A DNA stretch of 63,764 nucleotides, counting the filler, from Hyphochytrium catenoides (lineage: Eukaryota > Protista > Hyphochytriomycota), in assembly GCA_900088475.1 (NCBI GenBank). It is 6 parts of 6 records of this genome, joined end to end, with 100 filler letters (N's around TTAATTAATTAA, not from the genome) between each part and the next. Parts side by side here need not be neighbours in the genome. Positions count along the whole stretch, not along the records: positions 1 to 27,986 come from FLMG01004320.1; 5 more parts are not named here. One strand, 5' to 3'. Shown here piece by piece: positions 1 to 11,553 of the stretch (position 1 is the stretch's first letter; each line of letters begins with the position of its first letter). A model generated the notes under the pieces. That model saw nothing but the letters and a program-made list of their open reading frames with translations. It did no database searches and had not been told where the DNA came from. Made by a program: the position numbers and the translations under genes.

Positions 1-1118
1 TGGAGTTTCTAGAGTCCGCGTTTGTTTGGCATGGAAGAGACAGGAAGAAGATGGAGGAGTCAAAAATGCGATATAGTTCCCTTCCCCCACAGAAGAAGGG
101 AGAGCTCGAGGGAATAGTGTGGGGGGGTGGACTGACTGCAGAGAACACAACCGTGCAATACAGTTTTATAGCTCTTGCTAATAACCAACAACCACCTTCT
201 GTCCTGCTTGTCTTCTCTACATTACGGTCCCCTTGGTTCCTGGTTACCCCCTTCTTCTTGAAGTTTTAAACAGTAGTGTCTAGTAAAGTAAAGGTGGGCT
301 AATTCAATCTCCCCCGTTATAACCTTGAATCAGAACCTACCATACACTGCTGTACCTGTAAATAAAACAAGAAGGCCCTAGAACTACTGTAGTAAAATAA
401 GGCCAGCCCTTTCCCAGTCCTTCCTGATATTATAGCGGTTAACCGTCGGTATGTGGTGGATTGTAACGGCTGCCTTCTGGTGGGTGCACTACTGTACAGT
501 AGGAAGGGAACTGTCTGCCCTGCTCCTGGCTCATCACATGCCCGCCGCCACGCCTTCAGCTCCTACAGTGGATCATCAAGAATCCTTCAGCACCGAGACC
601 GGTCTGCGCCTCCTGCTGGGGGCGGCCAGCACTCCTTCTTCCTGTTGCTCGGCCATCGTCTCTTCTAGGAGGTGCGTGCTAGATGTTGCTGTCCAACTGA
701 TGATCAGCATCACTCTTCAGTCATCATTGTCACTCCAGTAGAGTGTGATGTGGAAGAAGAGACACCATTTTCTTCCTGCTAAGATTGATTTTGAGTAAAG
801 TAACTAGTGGAGAGTACCAGGCAGCCCGAGCGTAGTACCATGATGATGGAGCACTCGCTGTTGTTATAGTGAAACCTTCATCAGATACTTTGCTCTGAAT
901 CATCATGGTCAAATGGTGGGAGGTAGTGCATCGCCATCTCAGACTGGAGTTTACCTGTTGCAGAATAGACGAGGCTCAGCCTTTCCTCTTGCACATTCCA
1001 TTTGCTGTGTGCAACGCTCTCCTGAGGATTAGCCCCAAATCAGACTAAGGCTTATCCTTTGCAATCACCTTGGGAGAACGCAGGGCGGCTCTTGAGCAGC
1101 CTCTGATTATAAGGAAAT

Positions 1119-1377
1119 ATGAGCGCTACTCCCAATTCTCAGACGACGGGGTTTCCACGCATCTTTGACAAAGAGAGATTTCGAAAGGTGTGGCCACAGA
1201 CTTGCTTCCGCTTCCGCTGCGCAAGGCCGGTGGAGGTTCTTCTCATCATCTTCTACACCACCCATTGACAGGTCTTTCCAAGCAAGGTCTATGAGACTTT
1301 GCAGTACTGGGAGCTAGTCACTGTATGCAGGGGGNNNNNNNNNNNNNNNNNNNNNNNNNNNNNNNNNNNNNNNNNNN

Positions 1378-1409
<32 letters not shown>

Positions 1410-4400
1410 CTTTCCTCTCTCTCTTCTCTCTCTCTTCTTTTTGTCACTATCTCTCCCCCTCTCGTCGATTCCCAATCTCTGCCTTTCATGGCCATTTTCC
1501 CCTCCTTCTCTGCTGCGGTCTCCGACATGGTTTGCGGGCTACTCTGTTGGCTCGATATGCTCCGCTGCTTTCCCATAATGTACCCACTAAACTGACGAAG
1601 AGTACAAGACTGCAGTGATCACCCTCGACTCGCTCTACCTTTTGAATTATGGAGATTCCTCTCGAGGACAGCCTGAGAGACTTCACTTCAGGAATATCAG
1701 GCTCATAGAATCTATGCTTGAGGGAAGATCACTCTTCGTTGATCAAAGAGTAGAGAAAAGGAGCAAACGCTTCCGCATCGTCCTGTCGGTCCCCATCAAG
1801 CGTTCTCTCGCTGCTGACGAAGCGAAGAAGAAAACGTCGACAGAAGAAGAAGCGAAGATGGCTGAAGAAAAAGGCACAATAGCAGCGGACAAAGATGAAG
1901 AAGAAGAAGTGACATTCGCTACAGTTGACAAGCAAACTAAAGTGCAGTTCTACCTGGTTAGCTCTTGGTATGCCTGGTTCTTTAGTCCGAAGAAGGTAAG
2001 ACCACTCTAACTTCAACCCTTGACGAGGCTCTCTTTCTATTTAAACGCACCAATAACGCGCACAGATCCATGAAGGCAACACAGAGGAGGAGGAAGAACG
2101 CCTCTTGGTCAAGGAGTACCGGTCGATGGAAGAGACCTACATCAAGGCAACTTGTGTGTCTCGACGGGCTCTTCTCTTGGAGCTTTGGACCTCTAAAATG
2201 CACACAAGCGGCACCCTGAAGCAGGAATTCTTCTTGGTAGGTGGAACCGACGAACGAAGTAGTATCCAGTACCATTGTCACTCTCTTCCCCGTCAATTTG
2301 TTGCAGCAAACCCTGTGTTTTCCTCTCGCCCCGAAGACCTCATCGCGTTCAATCTACTTGTTGGCCTTTTCTTGACTCTACTTCTTCCTCTCGTTTCCAG
2401 AATGAGATGATCTCTGGTCCAAGGGAAGATGCAAGATCACAGCAGCAGCAGATGGACGAGGACCAAGGAGTTTACGAGATGGATAGAAGAACAGCTAACG
2501 AAGAGAACCGCCTTGTTGTGCCATTTCGAGAGCACTTACTTCTTCAGCTGCTTCGCTACGCCTCAACTGATCCCACAAACCACACAGCGAATCACCTGCG
2601 GTACGTGGCACCCTTTTATACTCTCCCTGCGGTATGTCCCACGCCTTATACTATCTATTGTTCTCTCTCTTCTTCTCGCTCCTCGCCTACCCTAGCTTCT
2701 TACACTTCGCCACCATCCTTTGTCTACTATCATCCATCATCATTTTCTCCTTCTCTTTCGGGTCTCTCCGTCTGACTTTCTTCTATTAGTTCCTATCTCT
2801 TCCTTACCTTCCTCTTTGCGGTCATGGACTCCAACCTCTTCTTTCCTACATAGTCACATACATGCGATGCTTCAATTCCTCTGGGCAGCCTTGCATGGCG
2901 ATTATGGGAATGTGGCGCGCGTTCGATCCCTGCACCAGAAGACCTACCGGTTAGACCCAACGAACGATCATTGGCTCGCATGATTCCATATTTCTCTCTC
3001 TCTTTTAGCTCTCCCAATGATGACAATGCTTTGTGCTGTTAGGAACTTCTGGAGTGATCTATTGAAGGTCTCCTTGGTAGCCTTTGAACCCCTAGATGCC
3101 GAGGATGAAGCAGAGAGCAATATAGAGAAGAAAGCCAGGGAGCGTGAAGAAGTTGTTGATGGGAAGCGAGACCCGAAAGCTATAAAGCTTGGCCAGAGAA
3201 GTACCTGTCCATCTAAGACTGAGATTCCCCTAAGAGCACCACGACCTCCTGGCAAACCAGCTCCTTCGTCGACTACTCTTACGGCCAAGGAGGAAGAGAC
3301 CTACGGACCAGATCAAGAAGAGGAAGATAAAGAACTAGACTTTATTCGCAGCCTCGGTGGTGCCACTTTGGATACCGACTCTAAAGGAGACAGGATGGAC
3401 CGAGAGGAAGACATGGATGCGGTTGAAAAGAGGGTTGAAAGCCTGAAGGAGACGAAGTCTTTGCAAGCAAGCGGTCAAAGCAAGACGGGGCCCCTCTCAC
3501 ACGAAGACATTCGCTGGGCCCAGGTCTCACTTCTGTTAGAGGTTTACTGGCTGCTGATGCAGGTAAGCTATCTGGCAATTTGAGGGTATGCAGAGGCCGT
3601 CGTGAAAGAGGGATTAATAAGCGAAGAGAGAGAATCAGATAAACAGCGAGAGGAAGAAAGATAGCTAGAGATGCGGCATAGAGAAGAGAGAGAGAGAAGA
3701 GAAAGGAGAGGGAGAAAAAGAGGACAAAGAGAGAGAGAAAGGAGAAAAAAAGACGAGAGAACAGACACAGACACGGCATCTGTTCCGCCCTCACTCATCT
3801 ACTCAATCTTTCATGATTCCTATATCAGATGAAGGTGGAAGATAGTCACAATGCTCCTTCCTCATCGATACCGGACCTGGTACTGCAGTTCAAGGGGTGG
3901 AGAATATTCATTTCCTCTCTATTGTCGATGGTCCTAGCCATCATAAGACGAAGGACAAGCCTAGAAGAGGCCGATGGGCAGCAACGGCCTGTCCAGGCAA
4001 CCATAGGAATCAGCACGAGCCACCGGAAGAAGGACCTTCAGCTGGGGTCCCACGGTAATGCTCGGGTTAAAGTCCTTGCTCACTGTCACCACGAAGCCTG
4101 CTCTTCTAAATCACTGATCTGACAGAAAGCGACGGGAGGAAGGAGGAGGACAAGACAATCACGCCTATGAACAGAGGAGAACTAGACGATGACCTTTCTC
4201 TTTGGCGAGCTAGCTATCTCCTGCTGATCCTTGCTGAGGGCAGTCCAGCGGTCCGTGCCCACCTGCGGAATAAGCTTAACGAGGGTCATTGGAGGTGAGG
4301 AGCCGTGGTTCTGACCTATGGAAGAGCGAGAGACTAGAAAAAGGAGAAGAAAAGCTACCAAGGAAAAGAGAGAGCGTCGCCTAGGTGGAGTGCCTAGAGA

Positions 4401-4743
4401 GAGTGGGCAATCTTCATATTGGAGAACGTACGCTATGCCGAGGTGATAACTGTCATTGACACAGGACCGTCCAACTTTTCTGTGTGGAAGAGAGGAAGAA
4501 GCTCACTAAGCCACAGAGTCGGATGACGAAGAATGGCAGGAGTGCAATCCCACGGTACAATGCCCTTGCCAGATTGGTAGACATTATCCACCTTCTTGAT
4601 CCCGAAGGGGAAACTGATGTCTAATCTAGATATAGGAGCTCACTTGTTAGCGTTGAGGACAGAGGATATCAAGCCCATGCACCACCAGACCCTACAGCTG
4701 CTTTCCCTTGCTTTATCACTTTCTTTTCAGTGCCATTTGCTAG
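1119..4743 (+). CDS. Multi-exon C12orf56/DUF4551-like protein (3' end uncertain)
   Basis: Spliced exons 1119-1187 (MSATPNSQTTGFPRIFDKERFRK), 1272-1322 (VFPSKVYETLQYWELVT), ~1600-1995 (YKTAVITLDSLYLLNYG...RFRIVLS), ~2065-2236, 2401-~2600 and ~3043-3562 have GT-AG boundaries. The N-terminus recalls the C12orf56 pattern (LPPEVYDAVRAYEPCIV..KYVVLSDRLVYL..QHIRIIY). A gap lies in intron 2, and exons after 3829 are tentative. Confidence 0.5.
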
Positions 4744-5594
4744 GAGCCGCCACTTAGTCCAGCGCTGTCTTTTCGTTTACGAGGAGTTAGACAACGCGTT
4801 CTAGCTCCTTATTGGTGGAATATCAAGGCACTTCTAGGAGCGGGAACAGATGGTTTTATTGATAGGATGACGAACGAAACACCATCACATACAAGCGAAA
4901 CAAGGACACTGAAAGATGGGAATCTGCCAGGACCCGACTGTCTACTTAGAGAGGGCAAGGCAAGGATCCTTGTAGAGACATCGTATCGCTCCCGCCCTCA
5001 TTGCCCTGCTACCACTGGTGGCGTCGTTCCTTAACTCTAGGACGGGCGCACACTAGAGCTAACAGCCAAGGTAATGAAGAGACTGGTACCTGCAAACAGG
5101 CTATTAGCCCGGGACTGCACCGCCTGGCCGATGGGAGGGCAACAGTTCGCTGAAGCAAGGGAAGCTTGAGTCTCTGGTTGTTGCTGAGCGTCTGAGCTGG
5201 GGCAGCGGGAGGAAGAACAGACGATCTTCTTTCTTCTTCTTGTCTGGAAAGAGAGGAATCAAACTTTTCAGAGGATACTCCAATTTAAGGCCGGAAATAT
5301 ACGAAACCATTTGTGATGGGGGAAGAATCACTAGGGCTCTCTGTGCCACTTCAGTTCTTATTATACGGTTTCAAAGTGGTAAATGGGTTTTTGGTGCGTG
5401 AAGGCGCAAACTCTCAGACAAAAACTTTCCTAGAACAGAGACTGAGAGCCTCCGACAGAGACATCTGAAGCTCGACTTCAGAAGTTCCTTTAGGACTTGG
5501 GATCCATTTGTATGGGCGTGGACTGTCAATGAACGGCTGAAAGGGCTAAGTATTGTCCTGAAGTCGAGGAGAAGACAAGTGGGAGCCATTCAGG

Positions 5595-6064
5595 ATGGGT
5601 GGAGGCGGCGATAAGTACTATTGCGACTACTGTGACAAGTCGTTCGTTGACACACCAGAGTCTAGGCGACGACACGCTGCGGGGAGGAACCATAGGATGA
5701 ATGTACGGATGTGGTACGATAGTTTCCTAGGTACGTTAGCTCTTTAGGGTTCCCGATGGGAATGAAATCGTAGACACTGATTGCTTGATTGTACTCAGAC
5801 CCCGCTGAGATCGCCAGAAGGCACATGATGAGAGGGGGAGCTCATCAGTCCGCAATGATATCGGGAGATCCTGCATTTGTCAACCTTGAATATACAAGCA
5901 CGTGGACCCCAGTGCAGGACGACTCTCGACAAGAACAAGCGACGGGCCGGCCTCCCGACGACCAAAGACCCACAATAAACCTCCAACGTGCCGAACTGCC
6001 TCCATCTATGGTACCTCCCAGACCTGAAGACTTCTACGTGATGAGTCCGGCAGAGTGGGGCTGA
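5595..6064 (+). CDS. ZMAT5: Zinc finger matrin-type 5 / U11/U12 snRNP 20 kDa protein (2 exons: 5595-5730, 5799-6064; 133 aa)
   Basis: Exon 1 reads MGGGGDKYYCDYCDKSFVDTPESRRRHAAGRNHRMNVRMWYDSFL (U1/matrin C2H2 finger). A 68-nt GT-AG intron keeps the frame. The C-terminus LPPSMVPP...AEWG matches the ZMAT5 LPPSL..P...WG ending. The ORF track misses exon 1. Confidence 0.85.
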
Positions 6065-7825
6065 CAGCATACCTTCATCTGCTTCCTCTTCATAATTGCA
6101 AGGTTGTGGACACAGCAGGGCGGACACCGATTGTTCTGAGGTGGATGTGAAGGGTTATAGTTGCGACCTAAACGATTTACTACGAAAGGTCAAGCACCAT
6201 CAGTCCCGACCCACGCATGCCAGACGCTTTGCTATCAGGCAGTCTTCTCGGAGTCTCCAGTATCTTTCTCTCGCAGTGGCACGCTGGCAGAAGACATCTC
6301 CTTTGACCTTCCCAACGATTACAAGTCCTTTCGGTGGTTGCCTCTCCTGCCTCCAATAAACAGTTGGGGACAAACATTGGAGGGGTGAATGGCCGGGCCG
6401 CCTGAATTGATTATTACTCCTTCGATGTCAAGAGAAGCTAAGCTGCTCCACATTTGGACCAGTAGCCAGACTTCAGACGAACAGTGAACTATCTCGTGAA
6501 CGTGTACCAGAACGGATGGACAAAAGTTGACGGCCACGTCCTAAAGGTGTCCGTCCTATTTGCTGCCTTCCAGATCGGGGAGCACCCTTCAGTCAGGCCA
6601 TGTACACAGACAGTGTGGAGCTTTATCCTCAGGTTTCGAAGAGATCTCCGCCCTGCACTCTCACTCTTCCACTTCAAGAGTCTTCCATCTCTCTCAGAGC
6701 CCGGTGAACCTTCCTTCCTCCCTTTCCGTCAACCTTGGGCAATCGGGGCTCTTTTCTTCCTCTATCATCTCCGTGAAGCCGGAGTCCCTCTGCTCGCCAC
6801 CAAGTGCGCCTTTTACGGAGTGGGACTCTCCTTCAGCTCTACAACAAAGCAACAGCCTTGACGGTCTCTTCGCTCAAGAGAGACTGTAGCCTGTCGTTGG
6901 CTTCAATAGGGAATCTCGTTCTTTTAAACTCTCATAAGTCTAGAGCCACGAGTAGGAATAGGAGGATTGGTGGCAGGGCGAGTATGAGGATGGCATAGCC
7001 TTCTCCCGCGGAAATACCTGCAGTGCCATGCATTAGTAAGCTCTTTAAATTTAAGCTTCCTCCTCCTTATCGTAACATTTATGTTTGCCCGACGGGTTAA
7101 TCCTCTCTTTTGTCTCCCTCATTTTCATGAGTGTTCGTTCCCTTGTTTGCTTTCCAGCTAAAGCTGGTTCTCATGAGCCTGCCGAAGGAGCCCAGTGCAA
7201 ACCAAGGGACAGAGGATCTCCCTGAGCATGACGCGATCTGCCATCTTTGGATGAAGAAGGAAAGGAAATGATCGATTCATAACCCATACCAATTGGGTCC
7301 TGACCTACATGGCCACGGTTGTGAAGGAGTAGACCGAGAGACCTCAGAGGTCCTGCAAGTGATCAGTCTCAGAAGACCCCATCCATATGATTGAGATCTG
7401 CACTAGCCTTCAGAGCTCAGGACTGATGACGGCTGCCGCAGGTCCTCGGAGCTGGATCCCTCGAACAGTGTGACAGCTGGTGACACATTGCTTCTCTACG
7501 ACCAAAGGATTCTGAAGATTTGCCCTTGTCTCTGTTGAGCGTAACGCCTTTTTATCCCTAGTTGGTGTAGCCCCCCAGTAGCGCTAGCCGCTGCCGTCCT
7601 TCATTACAACGCCATCAATATGCACAAACAGCCCAACGACTACGACATACTCCAAGCCCTCACAGAGGTCTTCTTTGGCACCTGGGCATACTCCTTGCCA
7701 ACTGAAGCCTGGCCAGCCCTAGAATGTCCCATCGAGCGGCCAATTTTCGGTTCACCGACCTTCCAAGCCAAGCACGATGAAGGACAGGTACGGCTGCGTA
7801 CTACAACAACAGGTCTACTGAGCCT

Positions 7826-8014
7826 CCACGTGGTGGTTTTGCCACGTGGAAGTTCATTCCCGAAATTGTAGATTTGGTCGGGCCCAAGCTGTAGAAATGA
7901 GGTCTAAATATGTAGGATTGTACGCTTTGAAGTGCTTAGTAATATTATTCTCTCGACCAATTATGAAGGCTATAATGCACGTGGTATGAAGGTTCTAGTC
8001 ATAGTAACACGTGG
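7826..8014. promoter_or_regulatory. Cluster of four CACGTGG (G-box/E-box) motifs upstream of calreticulin
   Basis: CCACGTGG at 7826-7833 and 7842-7849; CACGTGG at 7978-7984 and 8008-8014. Confidence 0.35.
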
Positions 8015-8452
8015 CGAGGAGGTTCTAATGGAAGAAGGATATTTAACGATACCCTACTATTATGACCAGCGTTAAGTTTGCTTGAGCTTCTCATTAAGCT
8101 ATTAATATTACTACTGCCAGTGAGGCTTCAACAGCGAAGCTGAACCACAACCCCAATCCCATACATTCATTTAGAGCCCCTCGTTTTTCATCTCTCTCTC
8201 TGTCTCATGTTTCTTTATCTCTAGTTTCTCTGTCTGCCATCATCATTCCTTTTCTTTTTCACCTCCCGTCTCTCTTTCTCTCTCTCTCTCTTTCTTTCTC
8301 TCTTTCTTTCGCTCTCTCTCTCTCTCTCTCTCCTCTTCCCACAAAGTCTCACTCATACTCTTCTGCCCTATGATCAGTAGAATAGGATCTTGTGGGAAGT
8401 ATCTGAAGCGATGATGATTTGTATGTCAGACCTTGATAGCCTGCCACTTGGT

Positions 8453-8527
8453 CAAGCTTCATTAGAGCTTCATCAGAGCTTCATCAGAGCTTCATCAGAG
8501 CTTCATCAGAGCTTCAGTAAAGCTTCA
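8453..8527 (+). repeat. 11-bp tandem repeat (AGAGCTTCATC) x4-5 plus degenerate flanking units, just upstream of the calreticulin ATG
   Basis: aagcttcattagagcttcatcagagcttcatcagagcttcatcagagcttcatcagagcttcagtaaagcttca. Confidence 0.9.
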
Positions 8528-8538
8528 CAATAGCTACG

Positions 8539-9786
8539 ATGGTGTCCCTACGGAGTATTATCTTTGGCGCCCTCCTTGTCGCCCCAGCGATGGCTGAGGT
8601 GTACTTCAAGGAAGACTTCAGCACTAAGGATTGGGAGAAGCGATGGGTGAAGTCCACAGCGAAGCCATCCGCGGAAAGAGGAGAGTGGAGATGGACCACT
8701 GGTCAGTGGTATGCCGACAAGGATGACAAAGGCATCCAGACGAGCCAGGATGCACGATTCTATGGCATTAGTGCCAAGATGGACAAGGTTTTGAACAACA
8801 AGGACAAGGACCTAGTCATCCAGTTCACTGTCAAGCACGAGCAGGTCATCGATTGTGGCGGCGCATACATCAAGCTCCTGAACTCTGGTCTGGATCAGTC
8901 AAAATTCGGCGGTGACTCGTCTTACAGAGTCATGTTTGGACCGGATGTCTGCGGTATGACCAGGCGTACGCATGCTATTCTAAACTACGCTGGCCCCGAT
9001 GGCAAGAAGGAGCCTGAGAACCTTCTTCACAAGGGAGACATCAAGACCGAGACTGACCAGCTAACACACTTGTACACCTTCATCCTGAAGAAAGACAACA
9101 CCTACGATGTCCTCATCGATGAACAGAGTGTGCAGTCCGGCAAGCTTGAGGAGAAGTGGGACTTCCTGCCTCCCAAGAAGATCAAGGATCCAAATGCAAA
9201 GAAGCCTGCTGACTGGGTAGACGAGAGTATGATCCCTGATCCTGAAGACAAGAAGCCCGAGGGATACGACGATATCCCTGCTCAGATTCCAGATCCTGAG
9301 GCCAAGCAGCCAGAAGACTGGGACGAGGAGGATGACGGAGAATGGGAGCCTCCAATGATCGCCAACCCAGAATATAAGGGTGAGTGGAAGCCTAAGATGA
9401 TCCCTAACCCTGAGTACAAGGGTGAGTGGGTACATCCGGAGATCGACAACCCAGACTACTTTGAGGACGCGAATCTCTACTACCGGTGCCCAGACTGTGA
9501 GTACGTGGGCTTCGAGCTCTGGCAGGTGAAGTCTGGCACGATCTTTGATAAGATCCTCATTACCGATAGTGTGGAGGAGGCTAAGGAGGCAGCAGCTGCT
9601 TGGAGAGATATGAAGGATGCAGAGAAGAAGATGTTTGATGAGGTGCAAAAGAAGAAGGAAGAGGATGAGAAGAAGAGAGCAGAGGAGGCACGGAAGGCGG
9701 AGGAGGCGAAGAAGGAGGAGGAAGAAGACGATGATGATGAGGACGAGGAGGAGAAGAGCTCAACTGAGGGGAAGGAGGAGCTGTAG
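8539..9786 (+). CDS. CALR: Calreticulin (intronless, 415 aa)
   Basis: Signal peptide, KHEQ..DCGGAYIKL, MFGPDVCG, P-domain repeats (IPDPEDKKPEGYD, GEWEPPMI, GEWKPKMI), GFELWQVKSGTIFD, acidic tail and C-terminal KEEL ER-retention signal. Confidence 0.98.
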   Translation: MVSLRSIIFGALLVAPAMAEVYFKEDFSTKDWEKRWVKSTAKPSAERGEWRWTTGQWYADKDDKGIQTSQDARFYGISAKMDKVLNNKDKDLVIQFTVKHEQVIDCGGAYIKLLNSGLDQSKFGGDSSYRVMFGPDVCGMTRRTHAILNYAGPDGKKEPENLLHKGDIKTETDQLTHLYTFILKKDNTYDVLIDEQSVQSGKLEEKWDFLPPKKIKDPNAKKPADWVDESMIPDPEDKKPEGYDDIPAQIPDPEAKQPEDWDEEDDGEWEPPMIANPEYKGEWKPKMIPNPEYKGEWVHPEIDNPDYFEDANLYYRCPDCEYVGFELWQVKSGTIFDKILITDSVEEAKEAAAAWRDMKDAEKKMFDEVQKKKEEDEKKRAEEARKAEEAKKEEEEDDDDEDEEEKSSTEGKEEL

Positions 9787-10259
9787 GCGTGTGATAGGTA
9801 AAGAAAGAGAGAGAGAGAGTCGGAGAGAGAAAGAGGGGACCGGCAGCCAAAGAGAAGGAGTAGATGAGGAGTCCTGATCTTATTGTTAGACCTGTGGGCG
9901 ACTGTATAGTTTCCCTTAAATATTAACCAGACGTCAAGGGCGTTCCACAGCCATAACATTCCTTGATCGTTCTTCTTCTCTCAAACCCTTTTGCGACTCC
10001 TAGCCCTCTGGCCTTGCCGCTTCGTCTACTGGTCTCGCAAGTCCTTGCAGCGCCTAGACAGATTCCCCTGGCTCCTTCCTAGGCGGCTGTCTCTTCTCAT
10101 CCTGTCCACCTCTTCAGAAATGGACTTCACCTTCATCCCTGAACTTGTCGCTCTCGTCTACCAGCCTGGGGTTCATGCCTCGAAGTCTGGGCTCCCTGGT
10201 CAAAGCCCTCTCTCTATTGTACGGGGGGAAGCCTTTCACTGTCGGCTGCTTTCAATTCT

Positions 10260-11509
10260 TCAGGCTATAGGGTCGGAGGTGGAGATGAGCCGCAGCACAC
10301 CTGCCAGAGCGTCTGAGAGATGTGGAAAATCTGTCTGGAGCCCATTGATCACTTCTCTCGCATTTTTCAGGTTCTCAGACACCGTGGCTAGATCTTTGTC
10401 AACCTTGGCGCTATCTTTCATGGGAGGGGTCTTCCCGGCTGCGATAGCCTCGAGCTTCTTGGAAAAGTTATAGTGCCGCGCGACCTTTGAGGTATCATAT
10501 TAGAAGGTAAGAGGATTACTGTCGCGCAGGGGCCACAAGGAGATACCGCACTAAAGGAGAAGACCACGAGAGAAGACCACGAGAGAAGAAGGGCCTAGAA
10601 GACCGTTGAGAGAGAGGTAGGAAAGAGATAGACACCTAGAGCATTGAAGATGCTGAGGAGCGCCATCTTACCAAGTCGATGTTCCTCTGCTTCTCATAGA
10701 TGCTATTGTTGATGGACTTCTGTAGCACATTCGAGTGATTGTCCAGCTGGGCATATTCCCGTGCCATTCTTTCCTGATCTTTAGCCATCTGGGACATACC
10801 CAGAGCAAGAAAGATAGAGAGACAGAAAGACAGGCACGGAGGGAGAAAGGTAACAGAGTGGAGAGGGAAAGAGGGTCAATGTGGCTACGTTCACCCTCTG
10901 GCGCTGAGAAGTCATCTTTTTCTCCTTCTCTTTCTTCCGCATAATTCTGATGATCCCCCTCCGTCCTAACAACTCCCATTTCCCGTCCTCCAGAGACAGT
11001 GGTCCTAAGGGCCCTGGGCTTTGCCTTCCCCTACTCTGTAATCAGATCCTTCTCTTCCCGTGGCCTCCTATCTTCCCTTATAGTCTCTTCTCCCTAGCCT
11101 TGCCACTCACAGCGTCGATTCCTTTGATTTTCTCCTTTATCATGTCATCGTGCTGATGTGCCTCTCTGCTCAGTTGCTTGAGCTCTCCTCTCAAGCTCTG
11201 GACCTTCTTCAAAATGGCTGCCTGCGTCGCCTCACTTCCTTTCTGACCCTTGTACTTGTTAGAGATAGCGGACCGCTGGCGTGAGGTGAAAAGAAGATGA
11301 TGTTAGCGAAAGCGCAGGAGGTCGTCTGAGTTGACGAGTCAAAGAGGAGAGAAAGGATGATGTCTTTGTAAGAGGTGGAAGGTAGTGTCAGTGCACTTGG
11401 GAAGTGCCCTGCTCGGTAAGGAAAAGTAAATCGAAAATGTGTGTGTTTGTATGTGAGTGAGAGAGAGAGAGAGAGAGAGAAAGAAAGAGAGAGAGACAGA
11501 GAGAGAGAC

Positions 11510-11553
<44 letters not shown>

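Noticed and set aside
2147-2400. Possible GC-AG intron in the C12orf56-like gene
   Set aside because: The frame stays open to a canonical, same-phase GTAGGT donor at 2237, which is more parsimonious.
6100-7870. Possible small multi-exon genes (also 17400-19300, 28600-30400, 55800-59100)
   Set aside because: Exon-like pieces exist, but I could not build a consistent in-phase model or recognise any domain.
9061-9959. Long antisense ORFs over calreticulin (also over PhoX and STT3)
   Set aside because: Shadow ORFs arising from codon bias of the sense genes.
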